Of a stretch of 40,467 nt of DNA, positions 32,539 to 40,248 are shown in pieces. The notes under the pieces were generated by a model that was not told the origin of the DNA, did no database searches, and saw nothing but the letters and a program-made list of their open reading frames with translations. This DNA comes from a virus (lineage: Duplodnaviria; Caudoviricetes), in the IMG/VR virus record IMGVR_UViG_3300037657_000136, positions 1 through 40,467 of that record; one strand, 5' to 3'. The position numbers were made by a program, and so were the translations under genes. Within the stretch, counting starts at the first letter, position 1, and each line of letters starts with the position of its first letter.

Positions 32539-32916
32539 ATGACCCCCAAAGAAATCAATGAACTTATCGGCCAGAAAGTAATGGGGTGGACGCTCCGCCG
32601 GTCAAAAAATCCCCGTTACGACTGGTATGTTAATGCCGAAGGGAATCATGCTGGGTTGGTTAGAAATTTTAACCCAGCTGGCCCGTATGGCGACAGGATT
32701 GCTGATTGTTTCCGGGCTTTCGACCGGCTCATTAAAATGGGCTACAGGAACTTCCAACTAATCCACGTTTGCTGCGTTGACGGCTTTGCCTGGGATGCTG
32801 AGATCATGGGGCCTTGGGGTAATTATTTAGCCGACAAAACCCACTATGGCGGAGCAGGGGCCACCAGGGAAGAGGCTATTTGTTCGATGATAGTGAAGAT
32901 ATTGGAGGCCCCATGA
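32539..32916 (+). CDS. Phage ABA-sandwich/BC1872-like protein
   Basis: EINELI..KVMGW ... I.D....  ... A.T..EAIC pattern. Confidence 0.6.
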   Translation: MTPKEINELIGQKVMGWTLRRSKNPRYDWYVNAEGNHAGLVRNFNPAGPYGDRIADCFRAFDRLIKMGYRNFQLIHVCCVDGFAWDAEIMGPWGNYLADKTHYGGAGATREEAICSMIVKILEAP

Positions 32917-33086
32917 ACCATATTGCCGACATGCGCAAAAAGGTCTCCACACTACGCCTCACCCGCCGGGAGCGCCTCCAGGCCGCCTGGTACGCCGTGA
33001 TAATTTTTGCCCCCGTGATCGCGGTCATCCTGGCCCACCAACTCTACGCCCCCAGCCTGAGCCGCATCATGGGATGGCCCGGATGA
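32913..33086 (+). CDS. Small membrane protein
   Basis: ATG overlaps upstream stop; one TM. Confidence 0.55.
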   Translation: MNHIADMRKKVSTLRLTRRERLQAAWYAVIIFAPVIAVILAHQLYAPSLSRIMGWPG

Positions 33087-33277
33087 TGAACCCCGTAGGG
33101 GCGGACCTGTGTGTCCGCCCGGCCTCAAAGATGATCGGCAAAACCTACCTTGAAAAAGGAAAACCTGTCGTGATCTTGCGGAAATGGAACGGCAAAGGCC
33201 CCCGCAACGTCCTGATCCAAAGAGCGGACGGGAGTTTAATTGTCCGTCCATTTAGAGGATTGAGGGTGATGAAATGA
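33083..33277 (+). CDS. Hypothetical protein (G..Y...G.PV.I....GPRNVLI.R.DG...VRPFRGLR) with REP in N-terminus
   Basis: Translational coupling at both ends. Confidence 0.6.
   Translation: MMNPVGADLCVRPASKMIGKTYLEKGKPVVILRKWNGKGPRNVLIQRADGSLIVRPFRGLRVMK
33091..33120 (+). repeat. GTAG-type REP, identical to 26851-26880
   Basis: 30-bp exact copy. Confidence 0.85.
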
Positions 33278-33456
33278 CCGAATCCGAACGTAAGCGCCTC
33301 AAATTCCTACTCCTGGCAAAAGCCGACTGTCTGGAGAATGACCTGAGTTTTGAACACTTTGAGAGCGACATGACACCGGCGGAACGGGTCAAGGTCCGAG
33401 AAGCCATGGCCTACGCAATCCGGTACTTCGTGGCCGATGCGTTGGCGGAGGAATGA
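33274..33456 (+). CDS. Hypothetical protein
   Basis: ATGA coupling at both ends. Confidence 0.6.
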   Translation: MTESERKRLKFLLLAKADCLENDLSFEHFESDMTPAERVKVREAMAYAIRYFVADALAEE

Positions 33457-33710
33457 AATTGAAATATTACGTTGACGATCATGGCACCATTGAAGATGCG
33501 GAAACAATCCCTGAATGTGACTGTTCTGAAACCACAGTGGGGCTGTCATGGGCGGCGGAATTTGCGGCCGAACATTATCACACCCGCCGGGATGGCTGGG
33601 AATCTTCCTGGCCCCTAATTTTCGTCATCCTGGATGATGAGCTTAATGAACTGGGAAAATTTTCCGTGGACCGAGTGGCCATACCAGATTTCCATGCTTC
33701 AAAGATTTAA
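33453..33710 (+). CDS. Hypothetical phage protein (AE..AE.Y....DGWE.SWP motif)
   Basis: GGAGG RBS, coupled start. Confidence 0.65.
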   Translation: MKLKYYVDDHGTIEDAETIPECDCSETTVGLSWAAEFAAEHYHTRRDGWESSWPLIFVILDDELNELGKFSVDRVAIPDFHASKI

Positions 33711-33766
33711 CAATTTCCCGGCGCTTGCCCCATGCGGGGTGTGACCGGGATGTAAGGTGGGGAGAC

Positions 33767-33910
33767 GTGAGAAAAGCCCTTGCAATTATAGCTGTAACCA
33801 TCCTGGTATTATTGGAAGGCGTTTGCACTATTTTGGAAGGATTTTTTGACAAAGCCTCCACCAAGCTCTACCGGGCAACGGATAAAGTAATTGCGTGGTC
33901 ACACAAGTAG
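33767..33910 (+). CDS. Small membrane protein
   Basis: GGAG RBS, GTG start, hydrophobic N-terminus. Confidence 0.45.
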   Translation: MRKALAIIAVTILVLLEGVCTILEGFFDKASTKLYRATDKVIAWSHK

Positions 33911-33985
33911 TCCCGTTTTAACCGGGTTGGGAACGGGCAGCAACCCGGGGCGGTTGAGTGCTGCCGCCCCGATTGGGAGAGTTAA

Positions 33986-34168
33986 ATGGCAACATATTGG
34001 TTAATCGAAAGCGCAGATATCCCGCCGCAGTTCTTGACCATGCGGCATGGACATTTTTGGTGGACAACGGACAAGGAAGAAGCCCTCCATTTATCCCGTC
34101 GCGAAGATGCTGAGCGGGTTGCAGCAGAGAACGAAGATGCTTGGCATGTTCGGGAGTACGAACAGTGA
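33986..34168 (+). CDS. Hypothetical protein (WT.D...AL...RREDAE motif)
   Basis: GGAG RBS. Confidence 0.6.
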   Translation: MATYWLIESADIPPQFLTMRHGHFWWTTDKEEALHLSRREDAERVAAENEDAWHVREYEQ

Positions 34169-34205
34169 ACCTCACCGAAATGATCGGCCAAGAGCGGAGG
34201 GTGTT

Positions 34206-34360
34206 ATGGGCATAACTAAAATAGATTATCTTGACCGAACCTGGAATCCATTAGCAATGCGCTCACCCGGGTCTCTCCCGCCTGCGATAACTGCTGGCAC
34301 CTGCGCATGGCGGCGCGCAAGGCTGGCAACCCCAAGCTCACAGACAAGGACACCTTATGA
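34206..34360 (+). pseudogene. Frameshifted N-terminal fragment of a second DUF5131 (Gp37/Gp68) allele
   Basis: MGITKIDYLDRTWNPLAMR then, after a 1-nt shift, TRVSPACDNCWHLRMA; flanked by a 33-bp direct repeat. Confidence 0.7.
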
Positions 34361-35439
34361 ACCTCATCGAAATGATCGGCCAAGAGCGGATTGATAAGGG
34401 CATGTGGTGGTCAAAGGACTGCGGCCTACAACTCGTCGAGGGCTGCACCAAAGTCTCGCCCGGCTGCGATAACTGCTGGAGCCTGACCGCGGCCAACATG
34501 CGGCGGTTTAATCCGAACCCCAAAACGGCGGCAAGGTATGAAGGGACGGTCTGGAAAAATCCCGGATTGCCCCCGTACTGGACCGGCCAGGTCAACCCCC
34601 AATGGGACGATCTGGACAAGATCGGCCGGAGCCGGACCCCCAAGGTCTATACGTTCTGGAATGACTTGTTTCATCCGGGAGTAGGCCCAAATTTTCAAAA
34701 TAATGTCATGTTCAGAATTAAGGAACACCCCGAACATTTCTTTATCATTTGCACCAAAAGGCCAGGGCGAGCTCTGGAATATTTTACCGGGCAATATGCT
34801 CTTGGCGGCTCTCCCTTTCAGAATGCATCTTTTATAAAAAACCTCATGCTCATGACCACCGCCGAAAATCAGGAAATGGCGGACCTGCGCCTGCCGGTCC
34901 TCTTGCAAATTCCGGGGGTGATGCACGGGGTGAGCGTGGAGCCGGGGCTGGAGGTCGTGAATTTAAATCCATACTTGCGCCCCAATCCAGGTTGTTCCTT
35001 TGTAAATCCAGAAGATGGCACCTGCGATCATCCTGACACACCAGACCCAGAATGTCATATCGGGTCCTGGTGTGCACCAGTTAACCACGAATATCGGGGC
35101 CTCGATTGGGTAGTTTGCGGAGGAGAATCAGGCCCCAACGCCCGCCCCATGCACCCGGATATTCCCCGGAAGCTGCGGGATGATTGCGTGGCGGCTGGGG
35201 TGCCGTTTTTCTTTAAATCCTGGGGGAAGTGGGCGCCGGGGTCCGATGCCTCCGTGAAAAACCTCTGCGTTTACAATGACGGCCGCACCGTGGAATTTAC
35301 CCGGGAAGCTATTCTGGCAGAAGAAAAGCGCAGCGGCTTGGCGCACAATGATTTCGCCCCGACCTTAATGTCCCGCGTCGGCAAAAAAACCGCCGGCCGC
35401 GCCCTGGACGGCAGGACCTGGGATGAGGTGCCAATATGA
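34357..35439 (+). CDS. DUF5131 / phage Gp37-Gp68 family protein (radical-SAM-like)
   Basis: GCTKVSPGCDNCW, DLFH, TKRP.R, S.EP.L, DWVVCGGESGP.ARPMHP, PFFFK.WG, GR.LDGR.WDE.P. Confidence 0.92.
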   Translation: MNLIEMIGQERIDKGMWWSKDCGLQLVEGCTKVSPGCDNCWSLTAANMRRFNPNPKTAARYEGTVWKNPGLPPYWTGQVNPQWDDLDKIGRSRTPKVYTFWNDLFHPGVGPNFQNNVMFRIKEHPEHFFIICTKRPGRALEYFTGQYALGGSPFQNASFIKNLMLMTTAENQEMADLRLPVLLQIPGVMHGVSVEPGLEVVNLNPYLRPNPGCSFVNPEDGTCDHPDTPDPECHIGSWCAPVNHEYRGLDWVVCGGESGPNARPMHPDIPRKLRDDCVAAGVPFFFKSWGKWAPGSDASVKNLCVYNDGRTVEFTREAILAEEKRSGLAHNDFAPTLMSRVGKKTAGRALDGRTWDEVPI

Positions 35440-35687
35440 CCACCAAAGACATAATCGCAGTCCTAACTTTCAAAGGTTTCACCTATACCGCTATTTCTGA
35501 CTGGCAAGACCGCAAAGGGGTAACACATTTCCTCTATAAAGGCGATTGCTTTTTTAGAATTTACAGGACTCAGGTAGAGGTTCGCTTTCCCCAGACCAAA
35601 AGCGAACTCCACCTTGAAGGCAATCTTATCGGGCCTTTCAGGGACGGCGTAATGTTCGACCTGGATAGCCGGGAGATGGTACGATGA
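35436..35687 (+). CDS. Hypothetical protein
   Basis: Coupled start and stop. Confidence 0.6.
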   Translation: MTTKDIIAVLTFKGFTYTAISDWQDRKGVTHFLYKGDCFFRIYRTQVEVRFPQTKSELHLEGNLIGPFRDGVMFDLDSREMVR

Positions 35688-35830
35688 CTACCTATCTCCC
35701 CTACCACTACTGGATTAGCGTCACCGACGCCCACCAGTGGGTGCAATGTGGGCAACTACGGCCCTTCCCGGCCCCCTGCATGATCCCCCTCCTGGCGGCC
35801 CTGGCGAGGTTGACGGTGCGGGGGAATTGA
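35684..35830 (+). CDS. Small hypothetical protein (48 aa)
   Basis: ATGA coupling, GGAG RBS. Confidence 0.4.
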   Translation: MTTYLPYHYWISVTDAHQWVQCGQLRPFPAPCMIPLLAALARLTVRGN

Positions 35831-35839
35831 GAGGATGGA

Positions 35840-36181
35840 ATGAATCTGACCAAACTTATAAATGAGGAACGTCCAAAAGTCATTCCGGTAGGATGGCAAC
35901 CGGTGCCTAATTACCCAGATGGGGCTATCTATCGCTTCACGCTATCTGGCATGAGCATTTTGTACAGTCTATCTGAAACAGAAGATGGTAAAAAATACCA
36001 CCATGTCAGTTTTTCCCGCCAACACCGCCTCCCTGGTTGGGAGGAAATGCGGGATGAACTGTATAGCCTGCCATGGCTCAACAAGAACCGGTAAATTTTT
36101 ATGACTTTGCCGCCGAAAAGCCAGTACATATCCTCTGCTGGCCCGAATAAAAACGTAATGCACTGGTGGCAAGAAATTTAA
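35840..36181 (+). pseudogene. HVS..R.P.WEEM family phage protein interrupted by in-frame TAA at 36092
   Basis: Family motif continues past the stop: R*IFMTLPPKSQYI....NVMHWW. Confidence 0.65.
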
Positions 36182-36191
36182 GGAACCCCCT

Positions 36192-36449
36192 TTGACAGCC
36201 CCCCAACCCAAAAGCCGCCTCGCAACAATAGCCGAAGCCGCGGCCAGACTCTCCGTCCACCCGAACACCGTCAAAAACATGATGCGGGACGGCCGGGTGC
36301 TGGGGGTGAACATCAACCCCGGGGGCAAGCGCCCCACCTGGCGGATCGTGGCGGCCAGCCTGGAGGCGTTCCGGGTTGAGCCCCTGGGCGCCGAGGTCCT
36401 GGAGGAGCGGTTGAGGGAAGCGGAGATTGAGAGGAGGTGCGGGTGGTGA
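36192..36449 (+). CDS. xis: Excisionase-like HTH protein
   Basis: TIAEAAARLSVHPNTVKNMMRDGRV...WRI; upstream of integrase. Confidence 0.75.
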   Translation: MTAPQPKSRLATIAEAAARLSVHPNTVKNMMRDGRVLGVNINPGGKRPTWRIVAASLEAFRVEPLGAEVLEERLREAEIERRCGW

Positions 36450-37279
36450 AGGTTAATTCTGATTTAATAAAAAGGTCTCTTGCCAAACGTCACGAAAAAG
36501 ATTTCTTTGTTACCGAATGCAAATCGGGCCCCACCACAACAGCCGCAAGAGGGGAACTCAGAATATTTGATGCAATAGCGGTCAAGAAAAGCTGGACCCA
36601 GCCTTGCGTAACTATCTATGAAATAAAGATTTCCAGAAGTGACTTCTTGTCTGATATAAAATGGCCAGCCTATAAAAAATATTGCAACCGGCTATATTTC
36701 GTTTGTCCGAAAGGATTAATAACCCCCGATGAAATTAGTGACGGAGTGGGGTTGATTTATTATAATCCAGAAAACCAGGCACTTCATACAACAAAGAAAG
36801 CGTTATACCAAGACAATCCTCTGCCGACAAATGTCTTTTATTATATTTTAATAAATAAATTAGAATCAGATCGGCACCCATTTTTTAGCAAAAAGCGTGA
36901 ATACATTGAAAGGGTTTTAGCAGACAAAGAAGCCCGCCTCAGTTTGGACTTTAGATTTAAGTCTTACATGGTGAACAAGTTAGCAACGCTTGAAGAAGAG
37001 TCAGAGAGATTAATCAAAGAAGTTGAATCCTATAAAATATTTTATAAAGAATTACAACAAGTAAAAGAATGTCTTAGGCAGAATGGAATAAATCTTGGCT
37101 GGAATAGTCATAACCTTGATAATGAAATTAAACGCCTGCGGGGCGTGACCCTTATTCCCGGAGAAATAGACGGTGCCCTGAAGGTTATCTCCCGGGAGGT
37201 TGAGATCATTAAAAAATTCTATGCCAGAGATGGAGATGTCGAAATAAAAGTTGAAACCCCCGGAGAAATCGCGGTATGA
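36446..37279 (+). CDS. PD-(D/E)XK nuclease, MmcB-like, with C-terminal coiled coil (AT-rich insertion)
   Basis: D.......YEIK.SRSDF..D.KW..Y..YC...YFVCP.GLI...E.....GL. Confidence 0.75.
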   Translation: MKVNSDLIKRSLAKRHEKDFFVTECKSGPTTTAARGELRIFDAIAVKKSWTQPCVTIYEIKISRSDFLSDIKWPAYKKYCNRLYFVCPKGLITPDEISDGVGLIYYNPENQALHTTKKALYQDNPLPTNVFYYILINKLESDRHPFFSKKREYIERVLADKEARLSLDFRFKSYMVNKLATLEEESERLIKEVESYKIFYKELQQVKECLRQNGINLGWNSHNLDNEIKRLRGVTLIPGEIDGALKVISREVEIIKKFYARDGDVEIKVETPGEIAV

Positions 37280-38313
37280 CTTCACTTGCCATGCGCCTAT
37301 TCCGCCGCCCCCCCAAAACTCGCCCCCTGCCCCCGGAGTCCGAGTGGACCTGGTACGCCGAACTGGACCGCAAGACCCGGATCAGCCTCAAGACCGCGGA
37401 TGAAAAGCTGGCCCGGAAATCCTACGCCAAGCTCAAAAAGCTCTACCTCACCCGCAACCTGGCGATCCTGGAGGGGCGGCCGCCGACAAAACGCCTGGAG
37501 GATTTCGCCGAGGAATACCTGGAGTGGTCCTTCCAGACCAAGCGCCCCTTTACCACTCAGACCGATTCACAGGCCCTGCGCCGGGCGCTCCGGTACTTCG
37601 GCCCGGCAACCCCTATCGGCAGTATCACCCGCCGCCAGGTGGACGCCTGGCTCGCCTCCATGGGCCAGGAAGTGAAGCGGGTGTCGGCCAACACCTGGTT
37701 CCGGCATTTCAAGGCGGCCATGTCAAAAGCCGTGGATTGGAAGTACCTCAAGGAGAACCCCTGCCAGGGGGTCAAGCAGCTCGCCGTCGATGAACCCTTG
37801 CCCCGGTATCTCACCCAGGAAGAGTTCGCCCGGATTCTGGCGGCGGAGCCCTCCCCCGACTTCCGGCGCCTGTGGGAAATCTACCTGAGGACCGGCTGCC
37901 GGCGGGGGGAAATCCTCCAGCTCACCGGCCAGGACATTAATCACCAGGCCATGACCTTCACCGTGACGCGCACCAAAAACCGGCGAGCGCTGCGGGTCCA
38001 GATGACCCCGGAGATCGCCGCCCTGTTCCGGTCCATCCCGGTGCAGGTGGGCCGGTTGTTCCCCTGGACTCTGGACTACGTGACCCACCGCTTCCAGGCA
38101 ACGGCCCGGGCCGCCGGGGTCCAGTGCCGCCTCCACGACCTGCGCCACACCTACGGCTCCTGGATGATCCAAGCCGGCGTCCCCCTCCGGGTAGTCCAGG
38201 GCCTCATGGGGCACCGCAACAGCAAAACCACCGAACGCTACGCCTGGGCCAGCGAAGCACAACAGGCCGAGGCGCAAGGGAAGATTAAGATTTCAGGAGA
38301 TCATAATGAGTGA
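37276..38313 (+). CDS. int: Tyrosine recombinase / phage integrase
   Basis: TGCRRGE (R), TKN (K), HDLRH (HxxR), GH...TT.RY (H, Y). Confidence 0.95.
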   Translation: MTSLAMRLFRRPPKTRPLPPESEWTWYAELDRKTRISLKTADEKLARKSYAKLKKLYLTRNLAILEGRPPTKRLEDFAEEYLEWSFQTKRPFTTQTDSQALRRALRYFGPATPIGSITRRQVDAWLASMGQEVKRVSANTWFRHFKAAMSKAVDWKYLKENPCQGVKQLAVDEPLPRYLTQEEFARILAAEPSPDFRRLWEIYLRTGCRRGEILQLTGQDINHQAMTFTVTRTKNRRALRVQMTPEIAALFRSIPVQVGRLFPWTLDYVTHRFQATARAAGVQCRLHDLRHTYGSWMIQAGVPLRVVQGLMGHRNSKTTERYAWASEAQQAEAQGKIKISGDHNE

Positions 38314-38485
38314 CGGTAACCGTCAGATATTAAGCTCAGAAATAGAGCAAATAATCAACAAGGCCTACCATCGCGGGTTTGCCGATGCCCTCAAGTTGGC
38401 AAGTCAAACCTTTAACGGCATCATCGAAGATCTCAAAAAAACCAGTGCGGAAGCGCAGGGGAAAATTAAGATTGGGGAGGAATGA
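38306..38485 (+). CDS. Small hypothetical protein (59 aa) ending SAEAQGKIKIGEE
   Basis: AGGAG RBS, ATG overlapping the int end; below the ORF-track cutoff. Confidence 0.65.
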   Translation: MSDGNRQILSSEIEQIINKAYHRGFADALKLASQTFNGIIEDLKKTSAEAQGKIKIGEE

Positions 38486-39033
38486 TGAGAGAAGGCCACT
38501 GTCCTTTTTGCGGGGCCGAGAAAGATATAAATTTCGGCACTGAGGGAATTTATTATAAATGCGGGACGTCTCATTGGGGAAACCAAGATGTTAGGCTTAC
38601 AGGTGTTCGGCAGTGGCGTTGCTATAAGGCGGAAGGAGAACAGTTGAAGGCCCAAATCCAGAAACTACCAGAGACCATATTATCTCAAATCAAAAAGCAA
38701 GAAGAAACCAAAAATGTGCCTGGTGCACAGGCATTTAATAATGGACTGGCGATTGCTGGCCATGTATGCAATGACATCTTCCACCGTTCAGAGTTCTCAA
38801 ATCTCTTTGCGCCCACATCGCGCCCGCAAGCGCGGAGGGAGATTGTGATGGAAATTTATATCAAGTGTAATTGCGGAAACGAGATAGGCGGAACTATTTT
38901 ACCGCCACCCTTTGCATTTATCTGTAAACATTGTGGAAAAACTTATGAAGGCCGCGTGATAATGTATGTAGAGAAGCCCAGCGCGCCCGCAAGCGCGGAG
39001 GCCCAGGGGAAAATCAAGATTGGGGAGGAATGA
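38482..39033 (+). CDS. Hypothetical Zn-ribbon protein, apparent fusion of two cassettes (internal RBS+ATG at 38848)
   Basis: CPFC...C and C.C...C..C motifs; ends SAEAQGKIKIGEE. Confidence 0.65.
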   Translation: MMREGHCPFCGAEKDINFGTEGIYYKCGTSHWGNQDVRLTGVRQWRCYKAEGEQLKAQIQKLPETILSQIKKQEETKNVPGAQAFNNGLAIAGHVCNDIFHRSEFSNLFAPTSRPQARREIVMEIYIKCNCGNEIGGTILPPPFAFICKHCGKTYEGRVIMYVEKPSAPASAEAQGKIKIGEE

Positions 39034-39269
39034 TGAGCACAGGAAGGGATAATATGTTTCTTTGCAAATGGATTAGCCTAGATTGTGGTTATCGCAGTCC
39101 TGGTGGCCTATGTACCGACCCAGAGGCGAAAGGGGATTGCCACCCTCTATCAAGCGGCTGGGAAGGTTATTGCCATAGAATGAATAACCCCCTGATACCT
39201 GATCAGCAAATTCCGCCTGCGCCCACATCGCGCCCGCCCGCCGAGACACCCCCAAAACAAAACAAGTGA
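39030..39269 (+). CDS. Cys-rich hypothetical protein
   Basis: GGGGAGG RBS, ATGA coupling; stop lies in the attP hairpin. Confidence 0.6.
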   Translation: MMSTGRDNMFLCKWISLDCGYRSPGGLCTDPEAKGDCHPLSSGWEGYCHRMNNPLIPDQQIPPAPTSRPPAETPPKQNK

Positions 39270-39290
39270 CCAATTATTAAGAGTCACTTG
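39254..39290 (-). terminator. Intrinsic terminator built from the tRNA anticodon-stem 5' strand
   Basis: CAAGTGAC-12 nt-GTCACTTG followed by TTTTGTTTT on the minus strand. Confidence 0.65.
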
Positions 39291-39314
39291 CTCTACCAAT
39301 TGAGCTAACGGCCC
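39276..39314 (-). tRNA. 5' half (nt 1-39) of tRNA-Lys(CUU) = attP core; not a complete tRNA
   Basis: GGGCCGTTAGCTCAATTGGTAGAGCAAGTGACTCTTAAT: acceptor 5' strand, full D-arm, anticodon CTT at 34-36; no T-arm follows. Confidence 0.88.
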
Positions 39315-39332
39315 GGATGCAGAACAGGCTTG

Positions 39333-39361
39333 AATATACTGGGCTTAGGAGATTTTGTCAA
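39333..39361 (-). promoter_or_regulatory. sigma70 promoter driving the tRNA 5' half
   Basis: TTGACA (39361-39356), 17 bp spacer, TATATT (39338-39333); start site ~12 nt before tRNA nt 1. Confidence 0.8.
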
Positions 39362-39447
39362 GCGGGAACGATCAAACAAAATCGACCAAAAACACACAAA
39401 AGTGGGCGTGGTGATCGCATGTTCGCGGACACATCGCGGTCGCATTC

Positions 39448-39789
39448 TCACCGTAAACCGACCTTCGTTTTCCCCTTATCGCTAAACAAATCCCTAATGT
39501 AATCCTTTAATATCTGGATCTTCGTCTCCATGATATCAGCATAGGTTCGCTGGGCGACCTGGTTCTTAGCAATCTTCCCTTTGGCAGTCAAGGGAAGGGC
39601 CTTAAATTCATCCTCGGTAAAAAGGGGCGGTGCCGGACGGGGCTCAGGATTAACGTCCGGGACCGCTTTCTCCCCCAACGGCGGCAGAACCATCTTTTCG
39701 TGCAGGGAGCATCCCGAGGCCGATAAAGACATCGCGCATAGCAGCATCATCACCGGCAGTAACCACCTGGTCGATTTTTTGATTTTCAC
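39448..39789 (-). CDS. Outer-membrane spanin (Rz1-like lipoprotein)
   Basis: Lipobox SASGC, Pro-rich segment, overlaps the Rz 3' end. Confidence 0.7.
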   Translation of the reverse strand: MKIKKSTRWLLPVMMLLCAMSLSASGCSLHEKMVLPPLGEKAVPDVNPEPRPAPPLFTEDEFKALPLTAKGKIAKNQVAQRTYADIMETKIQILKDYIRDLFSDKGKTKVGLR

Positions 39790-40015
39790 TGGCCTGCACC
39801 TCCCTGAATTTTTTGGCGGCCTCCAGGTCCTTAATCTCCGCAGCCTGTTTGTAAATCTTGGCCTGGGCCTTGATCCCGGCCTCCTGGAGTTCCCGAATTT
39901 CCTTCTCGTAGGCCGGCTTATCGAACCAGTTATATTTGATGTACAGGCCGCCGCCGGCCAGCAACGAAGCCAGAAGCACCCCCACGAGAATCTTGGTGAA
40001 AATTCCGGTGAACAT
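39650..40015 (-). CDS. Inner-membrane spanin (Rz-like)
   Basis: N-terminal TM followed by coiled coil. Confidence 0.7.
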   Translation of the reverse strand: MFTGIFTKILVGVLLASLLAGGGLYIKYNWFDKPAYEKEIRELQEAGIKAQAKIYKQAAEIKDLEAAKKFREVQASENQKIDQVVTAGDDAAMRDVFIGLGMLPARKDGSAAVGGESGPGR

Positions 40016-40018
40016 GCA

Positions 40019-40117
40019 TCACCCCCAAATCAAGCGAATCAGACCATAAATGGCAATCGCCACCACCACCACTACCGCGGGCAAAACGATGTAGTCGAAT
40101 TTTTCAGTGACCTTCAT
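40019..40117 (-). CDS. Small TM peptide (32 aa)
   Basis: MKVTEKFDYIVLPAVVVVVAIAIYGLIRLIWG; ATGA coupling. Confidence 0.5.
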   Translation of the reverse strand: MKVTEKFDYIVLPAVVVVVAIAIYGLIRLIWG

Positions 40118-40248
40118 TGGATTCCCCTCAGAAAATACAGGGCTAACACCCCCAGCACAATTATGGCGACGTTCAAGGGATGCCAGCGGGTCTTGGTGGC
40201 CTCGTTTTTCAGGACGCGTTGCTTTAGCCAATACTCATGCGTGTTCAT
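40114..40248 (-). CDS. Small TM protein (44 aa)
   Basis: GGAGG RBS; MNTHEYWLKQRVLKNEATKTRWHPLNVAIIVLGVLALYFLRGIQ. Confidence 0.5.
   Translation of the reverse strand: MNTHEYWLKQRVLKNEATKTRWHPLNVAIIVLGVLALYFLRGIQ

Larger units (their letters stand above)
38266..39237 (+). repeat. Cassette-boundary repeats R1 (38266-38299, 38447-38489, 38995-39037) and R2 (38808-38838, 38982-39001, 39218-39237)
   Basis: R1 GCGGA.GC.CAGGGGAAAAT.AAGATTGGGGAGGAATGATGAG; R2 TGCGCCCACATCGCGCCCGC(AAGCGCGGAGG). Confidence 0.85.

Noticed and set aside
36092-36094. Stop-codon reassignment
   Set aside because: TAA, TAG and TGA all terminate intact genes normally; isolated lesions fit pseudogenisation better
39276-39314. 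Functional phage tRNA gene
   Set aside because: Sequence stops after nt 39; no variable loop, T-arm or 3' acceptor strand follows
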